In this document: piece after piece, positions 49,520-62,900 of the stretch
How the letters are laid out: each line of letters starts with the position of its first letter
How positions within the stretch are numbered: the first letter of the stretch is position 1
Source of the DNA: an uncultured delta proteobacterium
Lineage (GTDB): Bacteria > Desulfobacterota > Binatia > UBA9968
Assembly (NCBI GenBank): GCA_963745035.1
Contig: CAVUVW010000020.1
Location: 64,001-128,000 of the forward strand
DNA: 64,000 bases
Direction: 5' to 3'
The notes under the pieces: model-generated
Told to the model about the DNA's origin: nothing
The model's input: only the letters and a program-made list of their open reading frames with translations
Databases searched by the model: none
Translations under genes and position numbers: made by a program

Positions 49520-50092
49520 ATGGCTGGCAAGAATACCGCCGTATTCGGCATCTACTCCACGCGGGAACAGGTCGAAGAGGGCATCCAGGCGTTGCGCAAC
49601 AACGACTTTCGGGTCGAGGATATTTCGATTCTGTATCCTGAGAACGAAGGCAGCAAGGACTTCGCGCACGTGAAAGCGACGAAAGCACCCGAGGGCGCTA
49701 CCGCCGGAGCGGCTGGCGGCGCGGCGATCGGCGGCGTGCTCGGCTGGCTCATCGGCATCGGCGCCATCGCGATCCCCGGCGTGGGTCCGTTCATCGCCGC
49801 CGGTCCGATCATGGCGGCGCTTGCCGCCGCCGGCGTCGGCGGTGCAGTAGGCGGTCTGGCCGGAAGCCTGGTAGGCATGGGAATACCGGAATACGAAGCC
49901 AAACGCTACGAAGGCCGGATACGAAAGGGCGGCTACTTGCTGTCGGTTCACTGCGACAACAGCGAGTGGGTCGACAAGGCGAAGGAGATTCTGCGTCGCA
50001 CCGGCGCGGAAGACATCTCCTCGACCGGCGAGGCCGCTGCCGATTTCGCCCGCGGCGACAAGCCCACACCGCGCGAGCACACGGCGCGGTAG
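49520..50092 (+). CDS. General stress protein (17M/YflT-like, Gly-zipper)
   Basis: NTAVFGIY, TKAPEGA.AGA, IPGVGPFIAAGP, GIPEYEAKRYEGR; GGAGG RBS. Confidence 0.85.
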   Translation: MAGKNTAVFGIYSTREQVEEGIQALRNNDFRVEDISILYPENEGSKDFAHVKATKAPEGATAGAAGGAAIGGVLGWLIGIGAIAIPGVGPFIAAGPIMAALAAAGVGGAVGGLAGSLVGMGIPEYEAKRYEGRIRKGGYLLSVHCDNSEWVDKAKEILRRTGAEDISSTGEAAADFARGDKPTPREHTAR

Positions 50093-50145
50093 CGAGCAGT
50101 CGAATTCGCGTTTTACTGCGAGGCACGAAGCGCACGAACGAACGT

Positions 50146-50220
50146 TCACCGCAGAGGCGCGGAGGACGCAGAGTACGAGATTCTAAAAGTTACTCTGCGC
50201 TCTCCGCGCCTCTGCGGTGA
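50146..50220. repeat. 30-bp-arm inverted repeat (CACCGCAGAG-type REP) between convergent genes
   Basis: TCACCGCAGAGGCGCGGAGGACGCAGAGTA / TACTCTGCGCTCTCCGCGCCTCTGCGGTGA. Confidence 0.75.
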
Positions 50221-50251
50221 GTATTTTCGTCGTGACCACGAACGCGCAAGA

Positions 50252-53200
50252 CTACTGCTTTTCCCCCGGCGCGCCGTTAATCAATTTCTCCATCTCGCGG
50301 ATGTCCACCGGCTTGGTCATGTAGGCGTCGAAGCCGGCCTTGCGCGCGCGCAGGTTTTCTTCCCGCCCGTGGCCCGAGAGCGCGATGAATTTGCTGTCGG
50401 CCAGCTCTTCGCTCGCCTTCAGCCGACGAAATACCTCGTAGCCGCTGATGTCCGGCAAGCTGATGTCGAGAAAAACGTAATCCGGCCGAAACTCACCGGC
50501 GATGCGGATCGCGGCGTGGCCGGTTGCTGCCGTGCGCACTTCGAAGCCGTGCATCTCGAGCAAGCTGCGGGTCGCGTTGAGCGCCACCGGCCGGTCGTCC
50601 ACTACCAGCACGCGGCGCCGTGCCGCGTGCGCATCGCTCTCGCTCTCCGCCGGCGCGCCGTTGGCGTCCCTCTCCTCCCATAGCTCCGGCTGGCGCCATT
50701 GCTCCTGCTTGAGTTTCGAACGCCGCGCCGACGCCGCCCGGGCGATGGATTCGAGCAGCTTGGCCATGTCGATGGGCTTGCTCACGTAATCGCTGCAGCC
50801 CGCGGCGAAACAGTTGGCCTGGTCGCCCGCCATGGCGCCGGCGGTCACCGCGATGATCGGCCCGGCATAGCCGAGCGCGCGAATCCTCCGGGTGGTCTCA
50901 TAGCCGTCCATGCGCGGCATCTGAATGTCCATGAGGATCACGTCGAAATCATCGGGCCGCTGCTCCACGGCGCTCACCGCCGGCTCGCCGGCGCTGAAGG
51001 TGGTGACCGAGCCGCCCGCCTCGACGATGAAATATTCCATCAGGCGGCGGATGTCGGGCTGGTCTTCGACGATCATCACGCGCACTCCCGTCATGCGCAG
51101 CAGCGGCGGTGTCTTCAGAGTCTCGATATTACGAAAGCCGCTGCCCGAGAGCACCCGCACCGGCAAGGTGACCTGAAAGGTGCTGCCCTGGCCGGGCGTG
51201 CTGGTGACGCCGATGCGCCCTTCGAGAGCTTCCACCAGTCGCTTGGTAATCGCCAGGCCGAGGCCGGTGCCACCGTAGATCTTGGTCATCGAACTGTCGC
51301 CCTGGGTAAACGGCTTAAAAAGATTGTGCTGCTGCTCCTGGGTCATGCCGATGCCCGAGTCGCTGATGTAAAACTGCAGCTCCGCGGCCTCGGCGTTGAA
51401 ACGAACGGCCAGCTCGACGCCGCCGCGATCGGTGAACTTGATCGCGTTGCCGAGCAGATTGATGAGAATTTGCCGCAGCCGCTTGGGATCGCTCTCGATC
51501 TCGTAGGGAATCACGCCGTCGTACTTGAGCGACAGCGGCAATCCCTTGGCGCGCGCCGCGCCTTCCATGAGTGTGTACACGTCGGTGAGAAAGGTCGGCA
51601 GATGCACTTCTTCTTTTTCGAGCTCCAGCCCCTGCGCCTCGATCTTGGCAAGGTCGAGCAGGTCGTTGATGATCTGCAGCAGGTACTGGCCGCTGTCCTT
51701 GATCGTGCGCACGCATTCGATGGCGCCGCGGTCTTCCAGGCGCCCTAGCAGAATATCGGCGTAGCCCATGATGCCGGTCATGGGATTGCGAATCTCGTGG
51801 CTCATGTTGGCGAGGAACTCGCTCTTGGCGCGATTGGCCGCGTCCGCCGCGTTTTTCGCTTCCACCAGCGCCCGCTCGGCTTCCTTGCGTGCGCTCGCGT
51901 CGCGCACTAGGCAGGTGTAAAAGCGCGCCTCGCCGGCGACGGTCTCGCTCAGGCCCAACTCGACGGGAAATTCGCCGCCGTCGCGCCGCCGCCCGATGGT
52001 TTCGCGCGCGCCACCCGCGCGCGCCGCCGCGCCGAAGTTGCCCGCCAATTCGGGCATCAGCAGCGCAATGTCCTTGCCGAGAATGTCGCCGCTGGCATGG
52101 CCGAAGATCCGCTCGGCCGCCGGATTGAACGATTCGATGGCGCCGCGCTCGTCGATTGTGATGATGCCGTCCACGGCGGTATCGACGATCGCTTTGACAT
52201 GCGCCGCCGCTTCGGCGATCGCCTGCTCGGCCTCCTCGATGATCGTAATATCGCGGTTGACTTCGAGCACCACATCGCCCTGCGGGCGGGTGATTCTCTG
52301 CATGCGGCTCAGCACCGCCACCCGCCCGCCGCTTTTTTGCGTATGCACCAGCCGCCCGTCCCACTCGCCGGCCTGCTGTAATTTTTTCTCGACCTCGCCG
52401 CCGGCCACCGGATAGACGGTCTCCAGCGCCGCATGCACCGACCGCCCGAACACTTCGCCGGCGGTGTAGCCGTAGAGCTTCTCGGCCCCCTCGTTCCAGT
52501 ATTCGATAGCGCCGTTGGCGTAGTTCCAGACGATGATGGCGTCGAGCGACAGTTGGAGCAGCCGCGCCTGCTGGGCGCGATCTTCTTCGAACTTCTTGCG
52601 CTCGCTGATGTCGCGCGCGATCGCCGAGATCGCGATGATCTTGTCCTGCGCCACCACCGGCGAATAGGTCAGCGACGCGTCGAAGGAGCTGCCGTCCTTG
52701 CGCCGCCGCTGGCTCTCGAAGCGGGTCACCGGTTCCCCGACCCGGATACGTGCGATCACCTGATCGAGCTCGGGGGCCTTCTCGGGCGGCAGGAACGACA
52801 CCCACTTCTTGCCCAGGACTTCCGCCTCGGCCCAGCCGAAAAGGTTTTCCGCGGCGCTGTTCCAGCTCACGACTGTGCCGTCGAGGGTAAAGGAGTAGAT
52901 GGCGTCCTGAGAGGAATTGACCACCGCCGCGAGCAGCGCCAACTGCGCTTCGGCGAGTTTGGCGTCGTGGATGTCGATGGTGCAGCCGGCATAGCCGAGA
53001 AATTCCCCGGCCTGGGTAAAGCGCGGCATGCCCAAAGACTTCATCCAGCGATACTCGCCGTCGGCGCGGCGGAAGCGGACGTCGGCCTCGAAACGCTCCC
53101 AGCGCTCGAAGGCGCGGTTGTAGGTGTCGAAGTATTCAGCGCGGTCTTCGGGATGGATGTAGTCCGCCCAGCGGAAGCCCGCCAGCGCGGAGTCGTCGGC

Positions 53201-56200
53201 GACGCCGACGAACTCGCGATAGGCATGATTGCAAAACTGCGCGCCGGTCGCATCATTGATCCAGATCAGCACCGGCGCGCTGTCGGCCAAAGCCTTGAAC
53301 CGCTGCTCGCTCTCGCGCAGCTCGGCTTCGGCGCGCTTGCGCTCGCGGATGTCGCGGCTCACGTTGGCGATGCACATGGGCTTGCCGGTGATCGGATCCT
53401 TGACCAGGAAAAACGCGCGGTAGGCGTCGATCGCCGCGCCGGTTTTTTGATGCTTGAGCGGCAGCTCGCCTTCCCACACACCGTGGGTCACCAGCTCGGG
53501 TAGCACGGTTTCCTGGAAAAATCCCTGCGACTCCTCGGCGACGAAGTCTACCGGACGCCGGCGGCGGATCTCTTCCATGTCCTCGACACCGACCATCGCC
53601 CGCCCCGCCGGGTTGAGATAGATGCCGTTGCCGTCGGGCTCGGCCATGCCGATGTAGTCGAGGCTGCTCTCCACCAGCGCCTGGAACTTGAGCCGCTCCT
53701 CCTCGGCGCGCCGGCGCTCGGTCACGTCCATATTGATGCCGAGCACGCGCACAAGCTTGCCGTCCTCCCCGTAGTAGCCCCGGCCGCGCGAGGAGATCCA
53801 GCGGAGCTCGCCCGAGCTGTGGAGAATTCGGTATTCGACGTTGAAGCTCTGGCGCCGGCGGATCGCCTCGCCGCGCTCGGCTTCGACGCGCGCGAGATCG
53901 TCGACGTGGACGAGCTTGCGCCACTCTTCGTAATTTTCGACCGCGCGGCCGACGCCGTACAGGTTGAGCATTTCGTCGGTCCACGACAGCCGGTTGGAAT
54001 CGGGCTCCCAGTCCCAGATGCCGACCCGCGCCGCGCTCTGCGCCAGCCGGAGCTGCTCCTCGCTGCGCCAGAGGATCTCCTGGGCGATGATGCGCGCGCT
54101 GATATCGCGCGCGATCTTTGAGGCGCCGATGATTTCGCCGCGGTCGTTCTTGATCGGCGAAATGGTGAGCGACACGTGGATCTCGCAGCCGTCCTTGCGC
54201 CGCCGCAGGGTCTCGTAGTTTTCGATCGCCTCGCCGCGGGCGATGCGCCCGAGGATCGCCCGCGCCTCCTGAAACTCGCTGTCAGGGGTCAGCACCCATA
54301 CCGACTGGCCTAGGATCTCCGCCGCCGAGTAGCCGTAGAGGTTTTCCGCGCCGCGGTTCCAACTGGCGATGGTCCCGACCAGATCGATGCTGAAAATGGC
54401 GTCCTGCGAGTTCTCCACGATGGCCGCGAGCCGTGCGCGCGCCACCTCGGAAAGCTTGCGTTCGGTGATATCGCTGTTGACGCCGATCAGGCGCACCGGC
54501 CGTCCCTCGGCGTCGCGCACCATGCGGCCGGTGGCGACCAGCCAGCGCTCACCGGTAGCCGGATGGCACCAGCGGTACTCAAAGTTGAATTCGGTGCCGC
54601 CGCGAAACAACTCCTCGTTGTAGCTCAGGAGCCGTCGGCGGTCCGTCTTGTCCAGCGCCAACAGCCACTGCTTGTAGGTCACCGGCTCGTCGACGGAAAA
54701 TCCGTGCATGGCGCGGAACGAGTCGCTCACTTGCGCACGGGCGCTCACCAGGTCGAGATCCCAGACGCCGCTCCGGCTCGCCTCCACCGCCAGCGCCAAG
54801 CGCTCCTCACTCTCGCCGAGCGCGCGCTCGGCCTGGCGGCGCTCCAGCATGCGCTCGGCTTGCTGCACGTAAAGATCCAGCAGGCGCAGCTCGCGCTCGG
54901 TTAACCGCCGCGGCTCGGCAAAATGAGTCGAGAGCATGCCGAGCAATTTGCCGCCTTGGCTGCACAGCGGGGTGGATTGAGACGCGGCGATGCCGTAAGC
55001 GCCCAGGAAGGCCGCGGTCTCGGCAAACTCGCTCGCCTTTGCGAGGTCTTCGATAATAACCCGCTCGCGCCGCGCCAGAGCGACGCCGCAGGAGCACATC
55101 GAATCAGCCCGAACGACTTTGAAGTTCTCGGAAAACCTCTGGTCGAATCCCTTCTGCGCCACCAGCCTCAAGCAGCGCTCGCCTTCGTCGTAGAGCTGCA
55201 TCGAGCCCTTGTCGGCGCCAAGGAGCTGATTGCAGGCGTCGAGGACAAGGCTAAGCATCGCTTCCAGATCGTTCTCCACCAGCAGCGCCGCGCCGAGCTC
55301 GTGCAGCCGCGTCATTTCGGTTAGATCCATGGCCAAGCGGTCGCGCAAGGTGATCAGCTCAAGCTCCGCGCGCTTGCGCTCGGTCAGATCGACGGTCGTG
55401 CCCAGGAGCTGGGCCGGGCGGCCGTTCTCATAAAACACTTGGCCGCGCGTCTTGATCCAGCGCTCCACGCCGTCGTCGTGGCCGATGACGCGAAACTCGA
55501 CGTCAAACCGGCCGGTGCCGGCGGGGTCCAGCGCCGGCTCCATCGCCGCCTGGGCCGCGGGGCGATCGGCCGGATGGATCGCCTGCATGAAGACATCGTA
55601 GGTCAGCGGCGCGCCCGCACGCATGCCCCAGTGGGCGCGCAGGCGATCGTCCCAGAGCGTCTGGACGGTCTGGAGCTGCCATTCGTAGATGCCGACTTCG
55701 GCGGTATCGAGAGCGAGTTGCAGGCGCAGCTCACTGCGCGCCAGCCGATCTGCCTGCCCGCGCGCCTCCTCCAGAAGGCGCAGGCGATCCTTGGTCATGG
55801 CCACGTAATGGGAGATCGTGCGCAGCGACTCGATCTCATCGGGCTCGAAGACTTCGCGGCGCTTGCTGGCGAAGGCCAACGTACCGAGCAGCCGATCGCC
55901 GACCAGCAGCGGATGGCAGACGTAGGCGCCGAACCCGGCTTGCCGCAGGTGCTCCGACTCGGGATCGGTCCGCTCTTGGAGCCGCTCGACGAGCAGCGGC
56001 GCCCGGCTTGCTGCGACCACACCGCAGCACGTCGCGTCGAAGCCGACGCGGGGCGGCGCGAGGTCGGCGGGCAGCCCCGCCGAAGCTTGCAACACCAGCG
56101 CCGCGCCGTTCTCCTCGACGTCGTAGCTGAGGTAGCCGTCCACGTCGAGATGCTGCCGCACGGTGGCGAAGAGATTGCGCATCATCGCCGCCGCATCTTG

Positions 56201-57118
56201 GGCGACCAGAAGCTGCTCGGCTGCTTTGGTCAGCAACCGCAGCCGGTCGTTTTGTTGGCGTAGCTGCGCTTCGCTCTCGTGCAAAGCGTCGTGCAGGCGC
56301 CGCGAGCTGTCGATTTCCGTGCTCGTGCCGATCCATTGCCTGACGCGGCCGGCCTCATCTTTTATCGGCACGCTGCGGCTGAGATGCCAGCGATAGGAGC
56401 CGTCCTTGCCACGCAGGCGAAACTCCGCCTCGTGCGGGACACCGCTGTGTACGGCCTCCTCCCAGGAGCGGCGCGCGTCCTCGATGTCTTCGGAGTGGAC
56501 CAGCGCCCAGCCTTCGTCGATGGCGCTTTGATCGGCGCCGCCGGTGTACTGGCTCCATCGCTGGTTGATGAACTCGAGCCGGCCCGAGGGTGCCGCCGTG
56601 AACACGATCTGCGGCGTCAGGTCGGCGAGCTCGCGGAAGCGCTGCTCGCTTTGCCGCCGCGCGGCTTCGCTTTCCGCCAGCTCGGCGCGCAAGCGCCGGT
56701 TTTCGCTTTCCTGCTCGCGCAATCGCAGCAGCGCGCGCGCCGCCCCGATCAATGCGTCTGCGCCGATCGGTTCGGTCAGCCGCGCGTCGGCGCCGGCGGC
56801 CAAAGTTTTGGCGCGCGCCTGGTTGGTTTTGCCCGCGGCGCAGATTTGCAGGACGAGGGCGTCGGCGAAGTGATTTTTAATCGCGCGGGAAAGCTCGTTT
56901 CGGTCGTCGTCGCCGAGTTTGGCTCCGAGCAGCACCAGCGCCGGGTGGGCCTCGGCTGCAAGCTCGATCGCCGCCTGACTGGCCGCCGCCTCCACCACGC
57001 GATAGCCGGCCTGCCGGAGCAGCCGGCTCCGGGCGCGGCGCCCGTCTTCGTCGCCGTCGACGTTTAGAATTGTCTGGCTTTCAACTGCCCTCATGAACGC
57101 GGTCCAGGTTGGAGGCAT
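50252..57118 (-). CDS. Giant soluble hybrid histidine kinase: pseudo-REC, ~10 PAS, 2 GAF, HisKA, HATPase, 2 REC
   Basis: Many DITERK-type PAC ends, two GAF regions, [40 protein letters not shown]. Confidence 0.93.
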   Translation of the reverse strand: MPPTWTAFMRAVESQTILNVDGDEDGRRARSRLLRQAGYRVVEAAASQAAIELAAEAHPALVLLGAKLGDDDRNELSRAIKNHFADALVLQICAAGKTNQARAKTLAAGADARLTEPIGADALIGAARALLRLREQESENRRLRAELAESEAARRQSEQRFRELADLTPQIVFTAAPSGRLEFINQRWSQYTGGADQSAIDEGWALVHSEDIEDARRSWEEAVHSGVPHEAEFRLRGKDGSYRWHLSRSVPIKDEAGRVRQWIGTSTEIDSSRRLHDALHESEAQLRQQNDRLRLLTKAAEQLLVAQDAAAMMRNLFATVRQHLDVDGYLSYDVEENGAALVLQASAGLPADLAPPRVGFDATCCGVVAASRAPLLVERLQERTDPESEHLRQAGFGAYVCHPLLVGDRLLGTLAFASKRREVFEPDEIESLRTISHYVAMTKDRLRLLEEARGQADRLARSELRLQLALDTAEVGIYEWQLQTVQTLWDDRLRAHWGMRAGAPLTYDVFMQAIHPADRPAAQAAMEPALDPAGTGRFDVEFRVIGHDDGVERWIKTRGQVFYENGRPAQLLGTTVDLTERKRAELELITLRDRLAMDLTEMTRLHELGAALLVENDLEAMLSLVLDACNQLLGADKGSMQLYDEGERCLRLVAQKGFDQRFSENFKVVRADSMCSCGVALARRERVIIEDLAKASEFAETAAFLGAYGIAASQSTPLCSQGGKLLGMLSTHFAEPRRLTERELRLLDLYVQQAERMLERRQAERALGESEERLALAVEASRSGVWDLDLVSARAQVSDSFRAMHGFSVDEPVTYKQWLLALDKTDRRRLLSYNEELFRGGTEFNFEYRWCHPATGERWLVATGRMVRDAEGRPVRLIGVNSDITERKLSEVARARLAAIVENSQDAIFSIDLVGTIASWNRGAENLYGYSAAEILGQSVWVLTPDSEFQEARAILGRIARGEAIENYETLRRRKDGCEIHVSLTISPIKNDRGEIIGASKIARDISARIIAQEILWRSEEQLRLAQSAARVGIWDWEPDSNRLSWTDEMLNLYGVGRAVENYEEWRKLVHVDDLARVEAERGEAIRRRQSFNVEYRILHSSGELRWISSRGRGYYGEDGKLVRVLGINMDVTERRRAEEERLKFQALVESSLDYIGMAEPDGNGIYLNPAGRAMVGVEDMEEIRRRRPVDFVAEESQGFFQETVLPELVTHGVWEGELPLKHQKTGAAIDAYRAFFLVKDPITGKPMCIANVSRDIRERKRAEAELRESEQRFKALADSAPVLIWINDATGAQFCNHAYREFVGVADDSALAGFRWADYIHPEDRAEYFDTYNRAFERWERFEADVRFRRADGEYRWMKSLGMPRFTQAGEFLGYAGCTIDIHDAKLAEAQLALLAAVVNSSQDAIYSFTLDGTVVSWNSAAENLFGWAEAEVLGKKWVSFLPPEKAPELDQVIARIRVGEPVTRFESQRRRKDGSSFDASLTYSPVVAQDKIIAISAIARDISERKKFEEDRAQQARLLQLSLDAIIVWNYANGAIEYWNEGAEKLYGYTAGEVFGRSVHAALETVYPVAGGEVEKKLQQAGEWDGRLVHTQKSGGRVAVLSRMQRITRPQGDVVLEVNRDITIIEEAEQAIAEAAAHVKAIVDTAVDGIITIDERGAIESFNPAAERIFGHASGDILGKDIALLMPELAGNFGAAARAGGARETIGRRRDGGEFPVELGLSETVAGEARFYTCLVRDASARKEAERALVEAKNAADAANRAKSEFLANMSHEIRNPMTGIMGYADILLGRLEDRGAIECVRTIKDSGQYLLQIINDLLDLAKIEAQGLELEKEEVHLPTFLTDVYTLMEGAARAKGLPLSLKYDGVIPYEIESDPKRLRQILINLLGNAIKFTDRGGVELAVRFNAEAAELQFYISDSGIGMTQEQQHNLFKPFTQGDSSMTKIYGGTGLGLAITKRLVEALEGRIGVTSTPGQGSTFQVTLPVRVLSGSGFRNIETLKTPPLLRMTGVRVMIVEDQPDIRRLMEYFIVEAGGSVTTFSAGEPAVSAVEQRPDDFDVILMDIQMPRMDGYETTRRIRALGYAGPIIAVTAGAMAGDQANCFAAGCSDYVSKPIDMAKLLESIARAASARRSKLKQEQWRQPELWEERDANGAPAESESDAHAARRRVLVVDDRPVALNATRSLLEMHGFEVRTAATGHAAIRIAGEFRPDYVFLDISLPDISGYEVFRRLKASEELADSKFIALSGHGREENLRARKAGFDAYMTKPVDIREMEKLINGAPGEKQ

Positions 57119-58127
57119 AGCCGGCAGCGCCGTGGGCGCCGAGATTGGCGGTACAGTTCAGCGATTCCTCGCGCGGAGACGCATAGCGCCGCGGCAGAAC
57201 GAGGGAAAAAGTCGAGCCGGCGCCGAGCTCGCTTTCGAGGGTGATCCGGCCGCCCAAGAGCGCCGCCAGCTTGCGGCACAGCGGCAGGCCCAAACCAGTG
57301 CCCTTCCCCGGGCTCCACGCCCGACCGTTCGCCGGGCTCCATTCGTCGAAAATGCTTTCCTGTTCGGCGCGCGCCATGCCGGCGCCGGTATCGCGCACCG
57401 AGAATACTACCGTGCCGCTTGACGGGTCATGGGCGGCGCTTACCCGGACTTCGCCCCGCGCCGTAAACTTGAGAGAGTTGTTGATCAGGTTGCGCAAGAT
57501 TTGCGAGACCTTGCCTGGGTCGGAATACAAGGAAGGAATATCAACCGGCGCGTCAAAAACAAGACGCACGCCGGCACGCACGAGCGGCGCCGGCAGCATG
57601 CCTTGCAGCATGCTCAGCAGACCGGCAGCATCGAATTCCGCCGGCCGCACTTCGACTTCGCCGCCATCGACCTTGGCCGGGTCGGCGAGGTCGTCGGCCA
57701 GATCGAGAAGCGCGTCCGCCGCCTTGCGGATCAACTCCACCGATTGCTCCTGCTCGCGGCTCAGCTCGCCGTCGGCGCGGCGCAGCAGCAAAGTCGTCAG
57801 CGCGAAAATGGAATGCAGCGGGCTGCGCAGCTCGTGGCCCAGGTTGCGCAAAAACCGACTGCGCGCCGCATCCGCGTCTTGAAGCCGGCGCACTTCTGCG
57901 CTGCGTTCGGCGTCGCGCGTCAGCAGCCGGCGGATGGAGTCGGCGAGCTTGGCGTTTTCATACTCCAACTGCCGCGCGCGCTCCTCGGGAGCGCGCACCT
58001 CCGGTCGCTCGGCCGCAAGCGCGATCCGGCGCTCCCCGCGGACCACATCCTGAAGTATCCCATGGGCATCCAAGCTCACTGCCTTCCTGGCTCGGCGTAG
58101 CGGCTTAAGCTCTTCTCTTGCGTTCAT
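57081..58127 (-). CDS. Sensor-less histidine kinase (coiled coil-HisKA-HATPase)
   Basis: RFLRNLGHELRSPL, KVSQILRNLINNSLKFT, DTGAG, GTGLGLPLCRKLA. Confidence 0.88.
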   Translation of the reverse strand: MNAREELKPLRRARKAVSLDAHGILQDVVRGERRIALAAERPEVRAPEERARQLEYENAKLADSIRRLLTRDAERSAEVRRLQDADAARSRFLRNLGHELRSPLHSIFALTTLLLRRADGELSREQEQSVELIRKAADALLDLADDLADPAKVDGGEVEVRPAEFDAAGLLSMLQGMLPAPLVRAGVRLVFDAPVDIPSLYSDPGKVSQILRNLINNSLKFTARGEVRVSAAHDPSSGTVVFSVRDTGAGMARAEQESIFDEWSPANGRAWSPGKGTGLGLPLCRKLAALLGGRITLESELGAGSTFSLVLPRRYASPREESLNCTANLGAHGAAGYASNLDRVHEGS

Positions 58128-58456
58128 GGTTTCCTCCCGGACGCAAGCACGCTTCCTTGCTTGCGACTTTGCTCGGTGCTCCCCCGCCGCCGACAGATAT
58201 GGTCCATATCGCCAGCCTCGTGGCCGGAGCTTAGCCCTTACGGGCGGCTTTCATCAACCGTTCGCTGAAGCTGATGTCAGACACCATCCGCAGCGGTTGC
58301 AGCAGCGGCCCCGGCAGCAAGCTGCGAGGCGAGCGCAACATGTGCGGTCGCTGGCTTCGCGCCCGTGAAAAACCGCACCGGAGCATCGCTGCGTGACCTC
58401 TATCACAACAGAAAAACCGCCGGTAAACAGCACGCGTGACAAAAGCACAGGCAGCG

Positions 58457-58472
58457 CGCAAAACATATGCCC
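58457..58472 (-). promoter_or_regulatory. sigma54 promoter for kinase pair (long ~320-nt leader)
   Basis: GGGCATATGTTTTGCG. Confidence 0.55.
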
Positions 58473-58654
58473 GGAGCCGAACTGTGCGATTATCGGGACT
58501 CAATCCCATAATCGTCCCAGCGAAGCGACAGAATTTCCGGCACATTGCTCCGCATTCGGGACAACAGGGTGCAGGAACAAAGTGGGGAACGAACGAGATG
58601 ACGCCGGAGAGGTAACCGGCAAGTGGCGGGAAGCGGAGCGGATTTTACCGAGAG

Positions 58655-60133
<1,479 letters not shown>

Positions 60134-60136
60134 GGA

Positions 60137-60697
60137 TCAGGCCTTTTCGATTTTTTCGGTGAGATCGTGAATGCCGTCGATGCTCCGCGAGATGCTCTCG
60201 TAGGTTCTGTGGGGCAGCGCGCCGGACAGGCGCATGAGATCCACTTCGCCGCGAATCGCCTGCAAATGGTTGCCGATCTTGTGCGCGAGCCCACGGCCTT
60301 CGCACGTGAGGGCAGGCGTGTAGCGGCTGAGAACCACGGTGGTGCCATCCGCCGCCAAAAGCTGTTGCGCGGTTTCTTGCAGCTCGATGGCGCGTGCCGT
60401 TCCGCGTGGCAGAAAACCGTAACGGCACGCCATCGGCTGCGCCTCTTCGTAAAGCGCCCGGCAAAACGTCAGAAAGCTGTCTCGGTCATCCGCTTCTACG
60501 CGCGCCAGCCAAAGCTCCTTGTCGGCGCAAAACTCGGCGGCACTGAAACCGAGCAGCGCCGTGGCCGCGCCGTTGAGAACGCATCGCTTCCGATCCACGC
60601 TCCACAGCGCGGCCGGAGCGGTATCGAGCTCCAGAACTGCGGTGGCGGGCAGGGCCATCGCCGCGAGCCTGCTGTTCGGGTGCCCAACCGCGCGCAT
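60137..60697 (-). CDS. PAS-like domain plus HisKA-like helix, no HATPase
   Basis: N.AA..LLGFSAAE, W..RV..DDR PAS pattern; LAHKIGNHLQAIRG; ends 3 nt before the regulator ATG. Confidence 0.6.
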   Translation of the reverse strand: MRAVGHPNSRLAAMALPATAVLELDTAPAALWSVDRKRCVLNGAATALLGFSAAEFCADKELWLARVEADDRDSFLTFCRALYEEAQPMACRYGFLPRGTARAIELQETAQQLLAADGTTVVLSRYTPALTCEGRGLAHKIGNHLQAIRGEVDLMRLSGALPHRTYESISRSIDGIHDLTEKIEKA

Positions 60698-60854
60698 TGA
60701 ACCGATTCGCGGGCGCTAGGCCCCGCGCCTCCCTAACAGGCCTGGACATACAACCGTACGAATCACCCGGCCGAGCCTCCAAATGATCGCGATGATCGCG
60801 CGCCCTGGTGCGTGGAAACAGCTCTGGTTTGGCGGAGCGCACCGCGTCTAGCGT

Positions 60855-61043
60855 CTAGTGGAGCGCCAATTCGCTGATCTCGATGGTTTCGGTGTCGAGC
60901 CCAAGTTGCGACGCTTCGATGTAACAGCCATAGCAGACGATCATGTCGAGCAATCGTACACCGTCGCTGTCGCTCACCACCCTATAGGAGTCGCCGGCGC
61001 GATATTCGCCGCAACGATCGCAGGGAAAAACAAAAATACTCAT
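60855..61043 (-). CDS. 62-aa CxxC...CxxC zinc-ribbon-like protein
   Basis: MSIFVFPCDRCGE...MIVCYGCY; ATG just downstream of the sigma54 motif. Confidence 0.7.
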   Translation of the reverse strand: MSIFVFPCDRCGEYRAGDSYRVVSDSDGVRLLDMIVCYGCYIEASQLGLDTETIEISELALH

Positions 61044-61055
61044 GGCGCCTGGAGC

Positions 61056-61071
61056 CGCAAGGCGCATGCCA
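61056..61071 (-). promoter_or_regulatory. sigma54 promoter (near-leaderless) for zinc-ribbon gene, possibly reading into PAS/regulator genes
   Basis: TGGCATGCGCCTTGCG. Confidence 0.75.
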
Positions 61072-61319
61072 CCCCATAGGCCGGAAAAAATATGCCGCCG
61101 CGAGAAAGATTGTCCCAAATTTGTTGCGGTGCCCATAGAATTCCGCTACGCCTGTCCGCCCAGCGGGACTCATCAGCACCACCGCCATTGTTTCGTTCCT
61201 AGTTCTGGTTTTTGGCCGTATGATTTTCACTGCCAAGCTAAGAACTGACACTGCAGGTGGGATACGACACGCCTTCGACTAACCGAACTAGAAACCTGAA
61301 ACGAGCGACCAGAAATTCG

Positions 61320-62684
61320 TTACAGCCGCACGACGTTTGCTCTGGGAAAATTCTTGAGCGCGTTGCGGGTATCGAAGATCAGCGCCGCCGAGTTGGCGAT
61401 CAGCGCGTAATCGAACGCTCCGTGGTCGGTGAGAATGGCAACACAGTCCATCGACTGCATCAGCTCGGCGGTCAGCGGCAGCGCCTTGAGCGTCTGGCCC
61501 TTGACCACGACCGACGGCACGTAGGGATCGGCGTAGTAGATCGATGCGCCCTTTTCGCGCAGCGCTTCGAGGATCGATACCGCCGGCGATTCACGCACGT
61601 CGTTGGTATCGCGCTTGTACGCCACGCCGACGCCGAGAATTTTCGCTCCCCTCAAGCACTTGCGTCGGTCGTTGAGCGCGTCGGCGATGCCGCGCACGGT
61701 GAAGTCGGGCATGTGATTGTTGATCGTCGCCGCGAGCTCGATCAGCCGCGGCTCCGCGCCGTTCATCTTCGCCTTCCACGTGAGATAGTAGGGATCGACG
61801 GGAATGCAATGGCCGCCGAGCCCCGGCCCAGGGTAAAACGGCAGGAAACCGAACGGCTTCGACTTGGCCGCCTCGATGACTTCCCACACATCGATGCCAA
61901 GGCTGTGACAGGTGAGCGCCATCTCGTTGGCCAGGGCGATGTTCACGCTGCGGAAAGTATTTTCCAGGAGTTTCACCATCTCGGCGCAGTCGGTGGACGA
62001 CACCGGCACCACCCGCTCGACGAACTGCTCGTAGAACAGCGCGGCCATCTTGGTGCAGCGCGGCGTGGCGCCGCCGATGACCTTGGGAATGTTGCGCGTG
62101 GTGTAATGCTGGTTGCCGGGATCAACGCGCTCCGGCGAGTAGGCGAGGAAAAAATCGCGGCCGACTTTGAGGCCGGTGTCCTCCAGCACCGGCAGGACGA
62201 CCTCCCGCGTGGTGCCCGGATAGGTGGTACTCTCGAGAATGATCAATTGCCCGGGGCGAATGTGATTGCGAATCGCCTCTACCGCGGCGATCACGTAAGA
62301 GAGGTCGGGGTCTTTGTTCTTGCGCAGCGGCGTGGGCACGCAGATGTTGAGGGTGTCGAGCTTCTCTGCCGCCGCCAGCGACTGCGTCGCTTTCATCTTG
62401 TTTGCCGACACCGCCTCCCGCAGCACTTCCCCGGCGACATCCGGAATATACGAAATGCCGGCGTTGATCGAGTCGACCTTTTCCTTGACCAGATCGATGC
62501 CCGTTACCTGAAAACCCGCATGCGCCATCTCCAGCGCCAGCGGCAATCCGACATAGCCGAGGCCGAGCACGCCCGCATGGGCCGAGCGCTGGCGGATGCG
62601 CTCCTGCAGCTCGCGCCCGGACTGCGCCGGATAGGTCGCCGGTGCTCCCGTGGATGGCTGCGTGTTCTCGCGGAATGATTCCAT
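61320..62684 (-). CDS. Nucleotide-sugar dehydrogenase (UDP-GlcNAc 6-dehydrogenase, WbpA/TviB-like)
   Basis: GLGYVGLP, ICVPTP, ESTTYPGTT, YSPERVDPG, KLLENTFR, GLGGHCIPVDP. Confidence 0.92.
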   Translation of the reverse strand: MESFRENTQPSTGAPATYPAQSGRELQERIRQRSAHAGVLGLGYVGLPLALEMAHAGFQVTGIDLVKEKVDSINAGISYIPDVAGEVLREAVSANKMKATQSLAAAEKLDTLNICVPTPLRKNKDPDLSYVIAAVEAIRNHIRPGQLIILESTTYPGTTREVVLPVLEDTGLKVGRDFFLAYSPERVDPGNQHYTTRNIPKVIGGATPRCTKMAALFYEQFVERVVPVSSTDCAEMVKLLENTFRSVNIALANEMALTCHSLGIDVWEVIEAAKSKPFGFLPFYPGPGLGGHCIPVDPYYLTWKAKMNGAEPRLIELAATINNHMPDFTVRGIADALNDRRKCLRGAKILGVGVAYKRDTNDVRESPAVSILEALREKGASIYYADPYVPSVVVKGQTLKALPLTAELMQSMDCVAILTDHGAFDYALIANSAALIFDTRNALKNFPRANVVRL

Positions 62685-62900
62685 AAATGTCTTCCTCTCA
62701 GCGGCGCGCCCGGCGCGCTCCGCGCTGTTATGGCATTGTTAAAATAGCGCCGGCGGCCGCCCGGCGGCGCTTAGATTTCCTGAAAAATGTACTGCTCGAT
62801 GCACTGCAAGCGGCGGTTGTAAAGTCAAGGCAGACAGAACCACGAAAATATCTCTTCGAATTCTCCTCTTGTTTGGTGATGCGCGGAACAGTCCGCGCGG

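Noticed and set aside
58254-58466. Cys-rich ORF (TCCARLAACCRGRCCNRCGWC) as a metallothionein or RiPP precursor
   Set aside because: Start lies inside the promoter motif, no RBS, no modifying enzymes nearby; TGC codons arise easily from GCT/CTG-rich DNA
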